Shown here: one piece after another, positions 8,076-17,935 of the stretch | Position numbering within the stretch: position 1 is the first letter of the stretch | Layout of the letters: each line of letters begins with the position of its first letter | NCBI GenBank assembly: GCA_011043375.1 | Contig: DQYP01000102.1 | Span: 1 to 33,811 of the forward strand | DNA: 33,811 nt | Reading direction: 5' to 3' | Origin: Thermotogaceae bacterium | GTDB lineage: Bacteria; Thermotogota; Thermotogae; B21-G9; HyVt-16 | Position numbers and translations under genes: made by a program | Notes under the pieces: model-generated | What the model was told of the DNA's origin: nothing | Databases searched by the model: none | Seen by the model: the letters and a program-made list of their open reading frames with translations, nothing else

Positions 8076-8900
8076 TTGGAAAGGATTTTTAAATTGAAAA
8101 CAAGTGAATGGTTAATAAAATACAATATAAGGCTCAAGAAAAGCTTGGGTCAAAATTTCTTATCGGATAATCGAGTAGCGAGCAGGATACTTGAAAAACT
8201 CGATTTAAATAGTGATGATACCGTTATCGAAATAGGTGCGGGTGCGGGAACCCTTACCGAGGAACTTGCTAAAGTGGTTAAAAAAGTAATAACATACGAA
8301 GTAGATTCAAACTTAAAAACATTGTTAAGTGATAGACTAAAACCCTTCAAAAATGTTGAATTAAGATTCGAGGATTTTTTGAAGGCCAATCTTGAAGATC
8401 TGAAAAGTGATAGTTTATCCTACGTGGCAAATATACCCTATTTCATAACCTCTCCAATAATAGAGAAAATACTTCTTGAATCTCCAAAATTCAAATTCGC
8501 GGCTCTCATGGTGCAAAAGGAGCTTGCTGAGAGAATTATGGCAGTTCACGGCAGCAGAAAATTCGGTTCGATATCGTTCTTCGTGCAATATTTTTGCAAT
8601 GTTGAAAGGATTTTAAAGGTATCAAGATCCCATTTTATTCCCAATCCAGGAGTTGATTCAGTGGTGGTGAAATTAACACCTAAATATAGAGAGAATATTT
8701 CAGAGGATACAGTAGGATTGTTCAGATTCTCAAGAAGACTCTTTTCACAAAGGCGCAAAATGCTCAAGAATATCTTAAATTCCATGGGATACTCAAAGGA
8801 ACAGCTTGAATCACTTGATGGAATCATCGATTTAAAATTGCGACCTGAGCATTTATCTGTTGATCAAATAATAAGACTGTATCATCTTCTTATGAGGTGA
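8076..8900 (+). CDS. rsmA: 16S rRNA (adenine1518/1519-N6)-dimethyltransferase RsmA/KsgA
   Basis: LGQNFL motif, SAM-binding EIGAGAGTLT, and the NIPY catalytic motif. The ORF-track start at 8028 lies inside the terminator hairpin. TTG 8076 sits 8 nt after GTGAGG (8062-8067) and leaves a normal-length N-terminus before GQNFL. Confidence 0.9.
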   Translation: MERIFKLKTSEWLIKYNIRLKKSLGQNFLSDNRVASRILEKLDLNSDDTVIEIGAGAGTLTEELAKVVKKVITYEVDSNLKTLLSDRLKPFKNVELRFEDFLKANLEDLKSDSLSYVANIPYFITSPIIEKILLESPKFKFAALMVQKELAERIMAVHGSRKFGSISFFVQYFCNVERILKVSRSHFIPNPGVDSVVVKLTPKYRENISEDTVGLFRFSRRLFSQRRKMLKNILNSMGYSKEQLESLDGIIDLKLRPEHLSVDQIIRLYHLLMR

Positions 8901-8904
8901 AAGT

Positions 8905-10626
8905 GTGAAAAACGAGATGTACGATGAGCTCATAAAAAAAACCTTAAATTCTATAACTGAGGCGATAATAATAGTTGATAAGGACAGTAAAATCGTTTAC
9001 ATAAACCAATCAGCGTGCAATATCCTTGGGCTTTCCTCTGATAATGTTATTGGAAGAGAAGTTAATGGTACGATCCCAAACACAAGATTACACATAGTCC
9101 TGGAAACAGGCAAACCCGAGTACAACAGGATTCAAAAATTACACGACAATGTTATCATAACTTCCAGAATCCCAATACGTAATGAAATCGGAGAGGTCAT
9201 AGGTGCAGCTGCAGTGTTTAGAGACATAACCACGGTTCAGAAGCTCGCAGAAGAGGTTACAAACTTACGAGAGATTGAGGCCATGCTTTCGGCTATTATC
9301 GACTCAACCAACGATGCAATATCGGTGGCAGATTCTGAAGGAAAGGTAGTTCTTGTGAATAGAGCGTATACGAGGTTAACAGGTTTATCACCCAAGGAAG
9401 TTATTGGGAAATTAGCAACTATAGACATAGCTGAGGGTGAAAGTGTCCACATAAAAATTGCAAAAGATAAAAGACCAATATACGGTGTTAGAATGAAAGT
9501 GGGACCTTTGAAAAAAGAAGTATTGGTGAACGCATCACCGATTTTTGTCAACGGTGAATTTAAAGGAAGTGTTGGGGTAATACATGATGTTTCCGAAATG
9601 ATAAAACTTGTCGAAGAACTCGAAGACGCAAAGAGGATCATCAGAAAGATAAAAGCAAAGTACACTTTTCAAGATATAGTCGGTAAAAGCCCAAAGATGA
9701 TCGTAGCGATAGATCAAGCGAAAAAAGTTGCAAAAACTCCTGCTACAGTCTTATTACGTGGTGAAAGTGGAACTGGTAAGGAATTATTTGCACATGCAAT
9801 TCATAATGAAAGCGACAGAGCAAACGCACCGTTCATAAGTGTCAATTGTGCTGCCCTTCCCGAAACAATTCTTGAATCAGAGCTCTTTGGTTACGAAGAA
9901 GGTGCCTTTACAGGTGCGAAAAAAGGTGGAAAAATAGGGTTGATAGAGGAAGCAAATAATGGAACCCTCTTCTTAGATGAAATTGGGAAGATGAGTTTAA
10001 AAGTCCAATCAAAATTGTTGAGATTTCTACAGGATAGGGAAATATACAGGATCGGTGGGGTGAACCCAATAAAACTCGATGTTAGAATAATAGCAGCGAC
10101 CAACATGAATCTGGAAAAGATGGTTGAAAAAGGTGATTTCCTACTTGATCTTTATTACAGATTAAATGTTGTACCGATATTCATTCCACCACTCAGAGAG
10201 AGACTGGAGGATTTAGAAGAACTGGTACATGTCATAATAAGAAAACTCAACCAAGAGTTTGGAAGAATTGTGGAGGGTATAGATGAAGGTGCACTGGAAC
10301 TATTGAGAAAATATCATTGGCCAGGTAACGTAAGGGAACTGGAAAATGTTCTTGGACGAGCTATGATAAATATAGAATACGATGAAAAGAGGATAATGAA
10401 ACATCATATTCCACCGTTGACCTTCGAACAGGTGGATAAATTAATAGTTCAGGATTTGGATCTCAGTTCATTGAGGCTGAAAGATGTGATCGAAAATGCT
10501 GAAAAAGCCGCTATAAAGGCTGCATTGAAGGAAGCGAACGGTAACAGGGAGCGAGCAGCAAGAAGCCTTGGAATAAGTGTTAGAAATCTTTACTACAAAT
10601 TAAAAAAATATGGATTCATCGATTGA
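8905..10626 (+). CDS. Sigma54-dependent transcriptional activator (bEBP): PAS-PAS-AAA+-Fis-type HTH
   Basis: There are two PAS-like segments (residues ~10-110 and ~125-235). The AAA+ core has GESGTGKE, an intact GAFTGA loop and LFLDEIG. The C-terminal HTH reads RERAARSLGISVRNLYYKLKKYG. GTG start lies 7 nt after GAGG and 4 nt after the rsmA stop. Confidence 0.9.
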   Translation: MKNEMYDELIKKTLNSITEAIIIVDKDSKIVYINQSACNILGLSSDNVIGREVNGTIPNTRLHIVLETGKPEYNRIQKLHDNVIITSRIPIRNEIGEVIGAAAVFRDITTVQKLAEEVTNLREIEAMLSAIIDSTNDAISVADSEGKVVLVNRAYTRLTGLSPKEVIGKLATIDIAEGESVHIKIAKDKRPIYGVRMKVGPLKKEVLVNASPIFVNGEFKGSVGVIHDVSEMIKLVEELEDAKRIIRKIKAKYTFQDIVGKSPKMIVAIDQAKKVAKTPATVLLRGESGTGKELFAHAIHNESDRANAPFISVNCAALPETILESELFGYEEGAFTGAKKGGKIGLIEEANNGTLFLDEIGKMSLKVQSKLLRFLQDREIYRIGGVNPIKLDVRIIAATNMNLEKMVEKGDFLLDLYYRLNVVPIFIPPLRERLEDLEELVHVIIRKLNQEFGRIVEGIDEGALELLRKYHWPGNVRELENVLGRAMINIEYDEKRIMKHHIPPLTFEQVDKLIVQDLDLSSLRLKDVIENAEKAAIKAALKEANGNRERAARSLGISVRNLYYKLKKYGFID

Positions 10627-10702
10627 TGAAGAAAGCAGGATGGATTCTTTTCTCAAATCTACAAATTCACATTTCAATTGTTGACAACTTCTCTATTAAT
10701 TA

Positions 10703-10731
10703 TTGACATAAAGATTTGAAAATGATAAAAT
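10703..10731 (+). promoter_or_regulatory. Consensus-like sigma70 promoter for the tRNA pair (TTGACA-17-TAAAAT)
   Basis: TTGACA at 10703-10708, a 17-nt spacer, then TAAAAT at 10726-10731. The -10 element ends 12 nt before the tRNA-Val 5' end. A second TTGACA occurs at 10681-10686. Confidence 0.7.
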
Positions 10732-10743
10732 CCAATAGCGGAC

Positions 10744-10818
10744 GGGTGCGTAGCTCAGCGGGAGAGCGCTTCCTTCACACGGAAGAGGTCGCAGGTTCAA
10801 TCCCTGCCGCACCCACCA
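10744..10818 (+). tRNA. tRNA-Val (anticodon CAC), CCA encoded
   Basis: Manual cloverleaf. Acceptor: GGGTGCG/CGCACCC. D stem: GCTC/GAGC. Anticodon stem: CTTCC/GGAAG with loop TTCACAC. T stem: GCAGG/CCTGC with loop TTCAATC. Discriminator A followed by CCA. Confidence 0.95.
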
Positions 10819-10832
10819 GGGATGTGAGAGAT

Positions 10833-10908
10833 GGGCCGTTAGCTCAATAGGCAGAGCAACTGATTCTTAATCAGTAGGTTGCAGGTTCGATTCCTGCACG
10901 GCCCACCA
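10833..10908 (+). tRNA. tRNA-Lys (anticodon CTT), CCA encoded
   Basis: Manual cloverleaf. Acceptor: GGGCCGT/ACGGCCC. D stem: GCTC/GAGC. Anticodon stem: ACTGA/TCAGT with loop TTCTTAA. T stem: GCAGG/CCTGC with loop TTCGATT. Discriminator A followed by CCA. Confidence 0.95.
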
Positions 10909-10934
10909 GGGCTTTGTAAGTGATTAAACAAAGC

Positions 10935-11035
10935 AGAAGCCACCCGGCTTCTCACCTTGGAAGTAATGTTTAACTCCAAGGTTAATATTGGTGGTTGAAT
11001 ATGAGCGGGTGGTTTTCACCTGCTTTATTTTTATA
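10935..11035 (+). promoter_or_regulatory. Structured leader between tRNA-Lys and infC (candidate L20-type attenuator)
   Basis: Three hairpins: AGAAGCC/GGCTTCT (10935-10952), CCTTGGA/TCCAAGG (10955-10981), and the terminator-like hairpin at 11005-11023 followed by a T-rich tract. The function is inferred by analogy only. Confidence 0.4.
11005..11035 (+). terminator. Intrinsic terminator-like hairpin just upstream of the infC SD
   Basis: GCGGGTG (11005-11011) pairs with CACCTGC (11017-11023): 7 bp including one G-U, with loop GTTTT. It is followed by TTTATTTTTA. It could terminate the tRNA transcript, attenuate infC, or both. Confidence 0.65.
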
Positions 11036-11052
11036 GAAAAGGGGTTGATACA

Positions 11053-11574
11053 ATTAAAGAATTGGATCTCAAGAAAAATGAGGAAATTAGGGCTTACAAA
11101 GTGAGATTGATCGATGAAAACGGCAAACAACTTGGAATAGTTCCAACCAGCAAAGCTTTAGATATTGCAAGAGAAAAGGGATTGGATCTTGTTCTGGTTT
11201 CACCTAACACAGATCCACCAGTTGCAAGGATCATGGATTATGGAAAATATAAATATGAGATTACCAAAAAAGCAAAGGATGCACGACACAAACAGAAAAA
11301 AACACAATTGAAACAGATGAAATTCAGACCTAAAATAGACGTTCACGATTATCAAACCAAACTAAAACATCTGAGAAGATTTTTGGAAAAAGGTCACAAG
11401 GTTAGGGTTACAATAATGTTCAAAGGAAGAGAAATGTCATTTACTGACAAAGGAAAGGAAATTTTGGAGAAGATCGCTGACGATCTCCAAGATATAGCTG
11501 TGGTTGAAGGTAAGCCAAGATTAGAGGGCAGAGATATGTGGTTGAATTTACGTCCAAAAGATTCGAGGAATTGA
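11053..11574 (+). CDS. infC: Translation initiation factor IF-3
   Basis: NEEIRAYKVRLIDENGKQLG is the typical IF-3 N-domain, and the C-domain KEMKFRPKIDVHDY-type motif is present. I prefer ATT 11053, which is 8 nt after AGGGG (11040-11044). The ORF-track start TTG 11062 is 17 nt from that SD. Confidence 0.9.
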   Translation: MKELDLKKNEEIRAYKVRLIDENGKQLGIVPTSKALDIAREKGLDLVLVSPNTDPPVARIMDYGKYKYEITKKAKDARHKQKKTQLKQMKFRPKIDVHDYQTKLKHLRRFLEKGHKVRVTIMFKGREMSFTDKGKEILEKIADDLQDIAVVEGKPRLEGRDMWLNLRPKDSRN

Positions 11575-11595
11575 ACAAATGGGGAGGTAAGTAAT

Positions 11596-11796
11596 ATGGC
11601 GAAGTTGAAAATGAAAACTAAAAAAAGTGCAAAAAAACGTTTTAAAATCACTGGTAGTGGTAAGATAATGAAGAATCATTCTGGAAGACACCATTTCAAC
11701 GAGAAGAAGCGTAACAACAGAAAGAGACATTTGAGACATAAAGGGCTTGTAAGTGATGCTGACAAGAAGAGAATCAAGAGAATGCTCGGAATATAA
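11596..11796 (+). CDS. rpmI: 50S ribosomal protein L35
   Basis: 66-aa basic ORF beginning [23 protein letters not shown], the canonical L35 N-terminus. GGGGAGG lies upstream. Confidence 0.95.
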   Translation: MAKLKMKTKKSAKKRFKITGSGKIMKNHSGRHHFNEKKRNNRKRHLRHKGLVSDADKKRIKRMLGI

Positions 11797-11824
11797 GTTG
11801 AAACAATAGTTAGGAGGGGTTACG

Positions 11825-12202
11825 ATGAGAGTAAAGCGAGCGGTAAACGCCAAGAAAAAAAGAAGAAAATTTTTAAAAGCGGCAAAGGGATACAGAGGAG
11901 CTTTAAGCAGGAGATACAAGTTGGCCAAGCAGCAATATTATAGATCTGGTGAATATGCATATGAGGGTAGAAAGCAAAAAAAGAGAAATTTCAGAAAACT
12001 TTGGATAACGAGAATAAATGCGCTTGCTAGACAAAATGGTTTGAAATACAGTCAATTCATACATGGTCTTAAATTATCGGGAGTTACTATAAACAGAAAG
12101 ATGTTGGCTGATTTAGCTGTGAATGACCCATCCACTTTTTCAAAATATGTTGAAATAGCAAAAGAGGCTCTACAAACTGAAGGATCAGCTGTTCAAAATT
12201 AA
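11825..12202 (+). CDS. rplT: 50S ribosomal protein L20
   Basis: [26 protein letters not shown] is the canonical L20 N-terminus. AGGAGGGG lies upstream. Conserved infC-rpmI-rplT gene order. Confidence 0.95.
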   Translation: MRVKRAVNAKKKRRKFLKAAKGYRGALSRRYKLAKQQYYRSGEYAYEGRKQKKRNFRKLWITRINALARQNGLKYSQFIHGLKLSGVTINRKMLADLAVNDPSTFSKYVEIAKEALQTEGSAVQN

Positions 12203-12217
12203 AGACGTCAAAAAGCA

Positions 12218-12249
12218 AAAAGCCCCATCTAAAAATAGATGGGGCTTTT
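12218..12249. terminator. Bidirectional rho-independent terminator between convergent rplT and the SBP gene
   Basis: AAAAGCCCCATCT (12218-12230) pairs perfectly with AGATGGGGCTTTT (12237-12249). The A-run on one side and T-run on the other give a U-tract on both strands. Confidence 0.85.
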
Positions 12250-12273
12250 ATATATATTTCTTTGATAGTTACT

Positions 12274-13536
12274 TCACTCTTCGGATAATATTCTTTTAAT
12301 TTCCTTTTCAGCCCACTCGAGCGCTTCTTCAACTGTCATCTTCTGGTGTAAAGCATTGGACACAGCGGTTGATACAGCACCTCTTATTTCGTTCCACTGG
12401 GCTGGTTTAGGATCTATACTTCCATATGGGATCTGCTCAACTGGTACGGCAAGTAAAGGTGAATTTTTAACGAAGCTTTTCCATGCTTTTGTTTCAAGAG
12501 CGCTCTTTCTCACAGGCATGTAACCTGTCTTTATAGCCCAGAATGTTGTTATATCTTGACTGACCAAGAATTTCATAAATTTCCACGCTGCTTTCTTTTC
12601 CTCCAGTTTTGCAGTGGAAAACATCACAACATCAGTTCCAGCAAATGGAGGAGCATATGTTTTCCATTTTGGTATAGGTGCCCAAGTCCAAGCATGCTTA
12701 CCTTTACATGCACTCTCGACGTAAGGCATTCCGGCTGTACTACCAAAGTATATCGCAACCTTTCCATCACCAAATGGGCCACTCAGATATCCACCTTGCA
12801 TATAGGCTGCTTTATACTTGTGGACGAGGTCGACCATTAATTGTAATGCTTCTTTTGCTTCTGGGCTGTTCACAGTCACTTCACCGGTCTTTTCATCGTA
12901 GATTTTCCCACCATTTGCTCTCAAGAAAATTTGAAATGTATCAACGGTTGGCCTTATACCCAATCCATATTGGTCAACAGTTCCATCTCCATCGAAATCC
13001 TGTGTAAGTATCTTAGCAACTTCTATCAATTCGTCCATGGTCTTGGGTATCTCCAATCCTTCGAGATCCAATGCGTCTGTGTTTATAAACATCAAATAGG
13101 TACTCTTGTTGAATGGCAATGCATAGACTTTGTCATCCCAAGTTACCATTTTTCTGAATGGTTCAAAGATGTCCTCCCATTCTTCTTTTGAAAAACCGAT
13201 CAGTGGATCGTTGATATAAGGAGTAAGATCCTCTATATATCCACCTTTCAAAAGTTTAGAAGTCCAATTCGAATAAGATTGAGATAAAACCGGCAATGTA
13301 CCTCCTTGAGCGCTTGCAAGTAACTTCTGCAATAAAGCACTGTAATTTCCTACATAAACTGCCTTTACTTCAATATCTGGATTAAGCGAATTGAATGACT
13401 CGACGATCTGTTTAAGTGCTTCACCATGACCACCACCCATGGCATGCCAAAATTCAATGGTCAATTTCTGAGAGTACAAAGTTGTTAACAACAAAAAACT
13501 AAACAACACAACGATACCAATGAGCACTTTTTTCAT
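12274..13536 (-). CDS. ABC transporter substrate-binding protein, family 1 (sugar / glycerol-phosphate type), orphan
   Basis: 420-aa ORF with an N-terminal signal/anchor (VLIGIVVLFSFLLLTTLYS) and a family-1 SBP-like N-terminus (LTIEFWHAMGGGHGEAL...). There is no adjacent permease or ATPase gene. Confidence 0.85.
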   Translation of the reverse strand: MKKVLIGIVVLFSFLLLTTLYSQKLTIEFWHAMGGGHGEALKQIVESFNSLNPDIEVKAVYVGNYSALLQKLLASAQGGTLPVLSQSYSNWTSKLLKGGYIEDLTPYINDPLIGFSKEEWEDIFEPFRKMVTWDDKVYALPFNKSTYLMFINTDALDLEGLEIPKTMDELIEVAKILTQDFDGDGTVDQYGLGIRPTVDTFQIFLRANGGKIYDEKTGEVTVNSPEAKEALQLMVDLVHKYKAAYMQGGYLSGPFGDGKVAIYFGSTAGMPYVESACKGKHAWTWAPIPKWKTYAPPFAGTDVVMFSTAKLEEKKAAWKFMKFLVSQDITTFWAIKTGYMPVRKSALETKAWKSFVKNSPLLAVPVEQIPYGSIDPKPAQWNEIRGAVSTAVSNALHQKMTVEEALEWAEKEIKRILSEE

Positions 13537-13539
13537 TTT

Positions 13540-14142
13540 TTATTCCCCCCTTCGCAATTGATAGTTATTCAAGATTTCTACCAGCCTTCCAGCCTGCTTC
13601 AGGGTATGATCCATATTTTTGGAAGCATCTATGATGTAATCCGCAACTTTGAGTTTTTCCTCTCTTTCCATTTGTGAATCGATTATTTTCAACGCTAATG
13701 AACTCGAAATATTGTTTCGCTTGACGAGTCTCTCTATCTGTATATCCTTTGGGACATCCACAACCACCACAAAATCAAACCTTTCTATCAATCCCAATTC
13801 TGGAATTAAGGCACCATCCACCACTATTATATCCTTTTTATCCTTCAATTCCTCGATTTTTCTCCACAACAATTTTATCATTTCGGGGTGAACCACTTCA
13901 TTGAGCTTTTTAAGGGCTTTTTGTGAATTGAAAACGATATTTCTCAACTTTCCTCTATCGATTTGATCACCATTCAAGATTTTCTCACCAAAGATGTTTA
14001 CAAGCTTCTTCTTCACAGCTTCTAACTCCAAGGTCTCGTGCCCCACTTTATCCAGATCTATGACAGTTATACCATGTTTTCTCAAAAAATTCGCGACTGT
14101 GCTTTTACCAGAACCAGCACCACCAGTCAAAGCTACTAACAA
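13540..14142 (-). CDS. coaE: Dephospho-CoA kinase
   Basis: 200-aa ORF. P-loop LTGGAGSGKST at the N-terminus, followed by VIDLDKVGHE and VHP motifs typical of CoaE. TTG start. Confidence 0.85.
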   Translation of the reverse strand: MLVALTGGAGSGKSTVANFLRKHGITVIDLDKVGHETLELEAVKKKLVNIFGEKILNGDQIDRGKLRNIVFNSQKALKKLNEVVHPEMIKLLWRKIEELKDKKDIIVVDGALIPELGLIERFDFVVVVDVPKDIQIERLVKRNNISSSLALKIIDSQMEREEKLKVADYIIDASKNMDHTLKQAGRLVEILNNYQLRRGE

Positions 14143-14149
14143 GATATAC

Positions 14150-15091
14150 TCATCTCCTGAACAGATTTGAAAAACTCAGAAGATCCTTTCTTCTCAGCAT
14201 TTCCACATAAGGAACGTTATAGATGATCCCATTTGGAGATTCATTGTAAAAAGGTCTATTGCAAAAATCACATCCACTTGTTAGAAAGGCATTTATCAGA
14301 TCATCAGAAAAATTCGTTTTGAACATCTTTATTTTCTCGCCCTCATAGAGTATCCTATCTCGTTCAATATTTTTCTCAAATACCAAAAACCTTGCAAGTT
14401 GTATCTTTCTATAGGATTCCACCGAAGGTCTTGAATAGTCCGCCATTTTCGTGCCCTTTATCGGAGTGAACGCAAAAAGAGCAACTTTGACATTCATTTC
14501 TTTCATTTCATACAGGAAATTCACAGCTTGTCTCTCCGTTTCACCAAGACCGATTATCAAATGTGTAGACACTCTGTTTGGAAAATGTAATGCAACTGTT
14601 TTTATCAACTCGATATGCCTTTTCCATGAGCCACCCTTGACAACTTCAAATAGTTCTTTGGTAGCCGCATCTACAGCTATACCGATCCTCTCTATACCAA
14701 GATTGAAATAATTTGTCACTTCTTCGAAGCTCTTTGGCCTAACTGAAATGGATATCGGAATACCAAACTTTTTGAATATCCTGATTACTTCCAGTAGATG
14801 TTCTTCATAATTCACACTTGAAACAACTTGAAAACAGATGCGTTTAACAGTGTCTTTTTTTAACAATATCTCTAATCTTTTCTCCACAAGATCCATCGGA
14901 AATTCTGGCCATGTAACCCTTGAGAGTTTCAAAATATCAGCTTTGGAATTCCTCGCATGGGTGCAAAATTTGCAGTCGTATATACAACGCCCTCCAAGCA
15001 CGAAATAAAGGGTTGGAAGTGGTTTTCTGAATTTAAAATTCACCAGTCCCAACTTCGACGCTGTTGCAAAGGAAACCCCTATGTTCATCAA
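14150..15091 (-). CDS. Radical SAM protein, BioB/LipA-like fold, function unknown
   Basis: CIYDCKFC is a CxxxCxxC cluster motif. HLIIGLGETERQ resembles the BioB-like GxGE motif. The C-terminus carries an extra Cys pair, SGCDFCNRPFYNE. Confidence 0.85.
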   Translation of the reverse strand: MMNIGVSFATASKLGLVNFKFRKPLPTLYFVLGGRCIYDCKFCTHARNSKADILKLSRVTWPEFPMDLVEKRLEILLKKDTVKRICFQVVSSVNYEEHLLEVIRIFKKFGIPISISVRPKSFEEVTNYFNLGIERIGIAVDAATKELFEVVKGGSWKRHIELIKTVALHFPNRVSTHLIIGLGETERQAVNFLYEMKEMNVKVALFAFTPIKGTKMADYSRPSVESYRKIQLARFLVFEKNIERDRILYEGEKIKMFKTNFSDDLINAFLTSGCDFCNRPFYNESPNGIIYNVPYVEMLRRKDLLSFSNLFRR

Positions 15092-16041
15092 CTATACTCC
15101 TTTATAGATAGTTCTAACTCATCAATCAGCCTAAAAACTTGATAGGCACTCTTCACTTTCTTTAACTCATCACGGAAATACTTGGACTTTCTGAGGTTCT
15201 TTGAAAAGGCTATACCAAAAGACTTATATTTCCTAACGGCTCGCTCTTCCTCATAAAAATTCAGCATATTATCGAAGTGTTTTCTCATCATATCGATTAC
15301 CTCTATTTGGTCGATCTCTTTCACGTCACCTTCAATGAAAAAGGCATAGAGCTGATCAAAAATCATTGGTCTCTCTTTAGCTCCACGCGCAATCATAACA
15401 CCATCGAATCCCATGTTCAAAGCCTTGATCACGGATTCCACATTGAAGATGTCTCCACTGAGAAAAACCGGTATCGAGAGCTTTTCCTTTATTCCATACA
15501 CGAATTTCCAATCGGCACTTCCAGAGTATCCTTGTTGCACCGTTCTACCGTGAATTGTTATTAGATCAACCCCAATTTCTTGAAGTTTAAGACATATTTC
15601 CAGAAGATTTTTTGACTTTCTGAATTTGAAAGAAATTGGCTTTTCAAGATGATCCTTCAAACATTTGGCAATGTCATACAACTTTTGAGGTTCTTTCAAA
15701 AGCGCCGCACCGGAACCAGTTTTCATGACCTTTCTCACTGGGCAAGCACTGTTTATATCTATCCAGTACGCCAAATCCTCAATTTGCTTTGCAGCTTTAC
15801 ATATGATCTCGGGATCGTTTCCGAATAATTGAACAGCCGTTCTGGGTTCATCCATTTTTGGGAGCATCTCCACGGTTTTTGCGTTTTTTTCCAACAGAGC
15901 TCTTGCATTGATCATTTCAGTAAAACAAAAAGGAGCCTTGTATTCATAACAAAGTTTTCGGAAAGGATAATCGGTCACGCCAGCCATGGGTGCGAGACCA
16001 TAGAGTGCTATTTTTTTATCCTTCAATTTGACACTCTTCAT
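15088..16041 (-). CDS. dus: tRNA-dihydrouridine synthase (Dus family)
   Basis: LAPMAGVTDYPFRKLC, FTEMINA and INSACPVRKV (catalytic Cys region) are typical of DusB-type flavoenzymes. The gene overlaps its neighbour by 4 nt. Confidence 0.9.
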   Translation of the reverse strand: MKSVKLKDKKIALYGLAPMAGVTDYPFRKLCYEYKAPFCFTEMINARALLEKNAKTVEMLPKMDEPRTAVQLFGNDPEIICKAAKQIEDLAYWIDINSACPVRKVMKTGSGAALLKEPQKLYDIAKCLKDHLEKPISFKFRKSKNLLEICLKLQEIGVDLITIHGRTVQQGYSGSADWKFVYGIKEKLSIPVFLSGDIFNVESVIKALNMGFDGVMIARGAKERPMIFDQLYAFFIEGDVKEIDQIEVIDMMRKHFDNMLNFYEEERAVRKYKSFGIAFSKNLRKSKYFRDELKKVKSAYQVFRLIDELELSIKEYS

Positions 16042-16042
16042 A

Positions 16043-17916
<1,874 letters not shown>

Positions 17917-17935
17917 TCAATATGTACCTCCAAAT

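Noticed and set aside
9237-9665. 142-aa antisense ORF inside the sigma54-type activator gene
   Set aside because: It is a shadow ORF on the opposite strand of a well-supported CDS. It has low-complexity S/F/I-rich composition, no SD and no recognisable motif.
11548-11928. 126-aa antisense ORF spanning the infC 3' end, rpmI and the rplT 5' end
   Set aside because: It runs antisense across three highly conserved ribosomal/translation genes and their intergenic SDs. This is an artefact of AT-rich, lysine-codon-rich sequence.
14150-15091. The radical SAM protein as a viperin-like antiviral enzyme, since it sits next to a nucleotide-type kinase (coaE)
   Set aside because: The motif context is BioB-like (GLGET, auxiliary Cys pair) rather than viperin-like. 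The neighbour is an ordinary dephospho-CoA kinase inside a housekeeping array.
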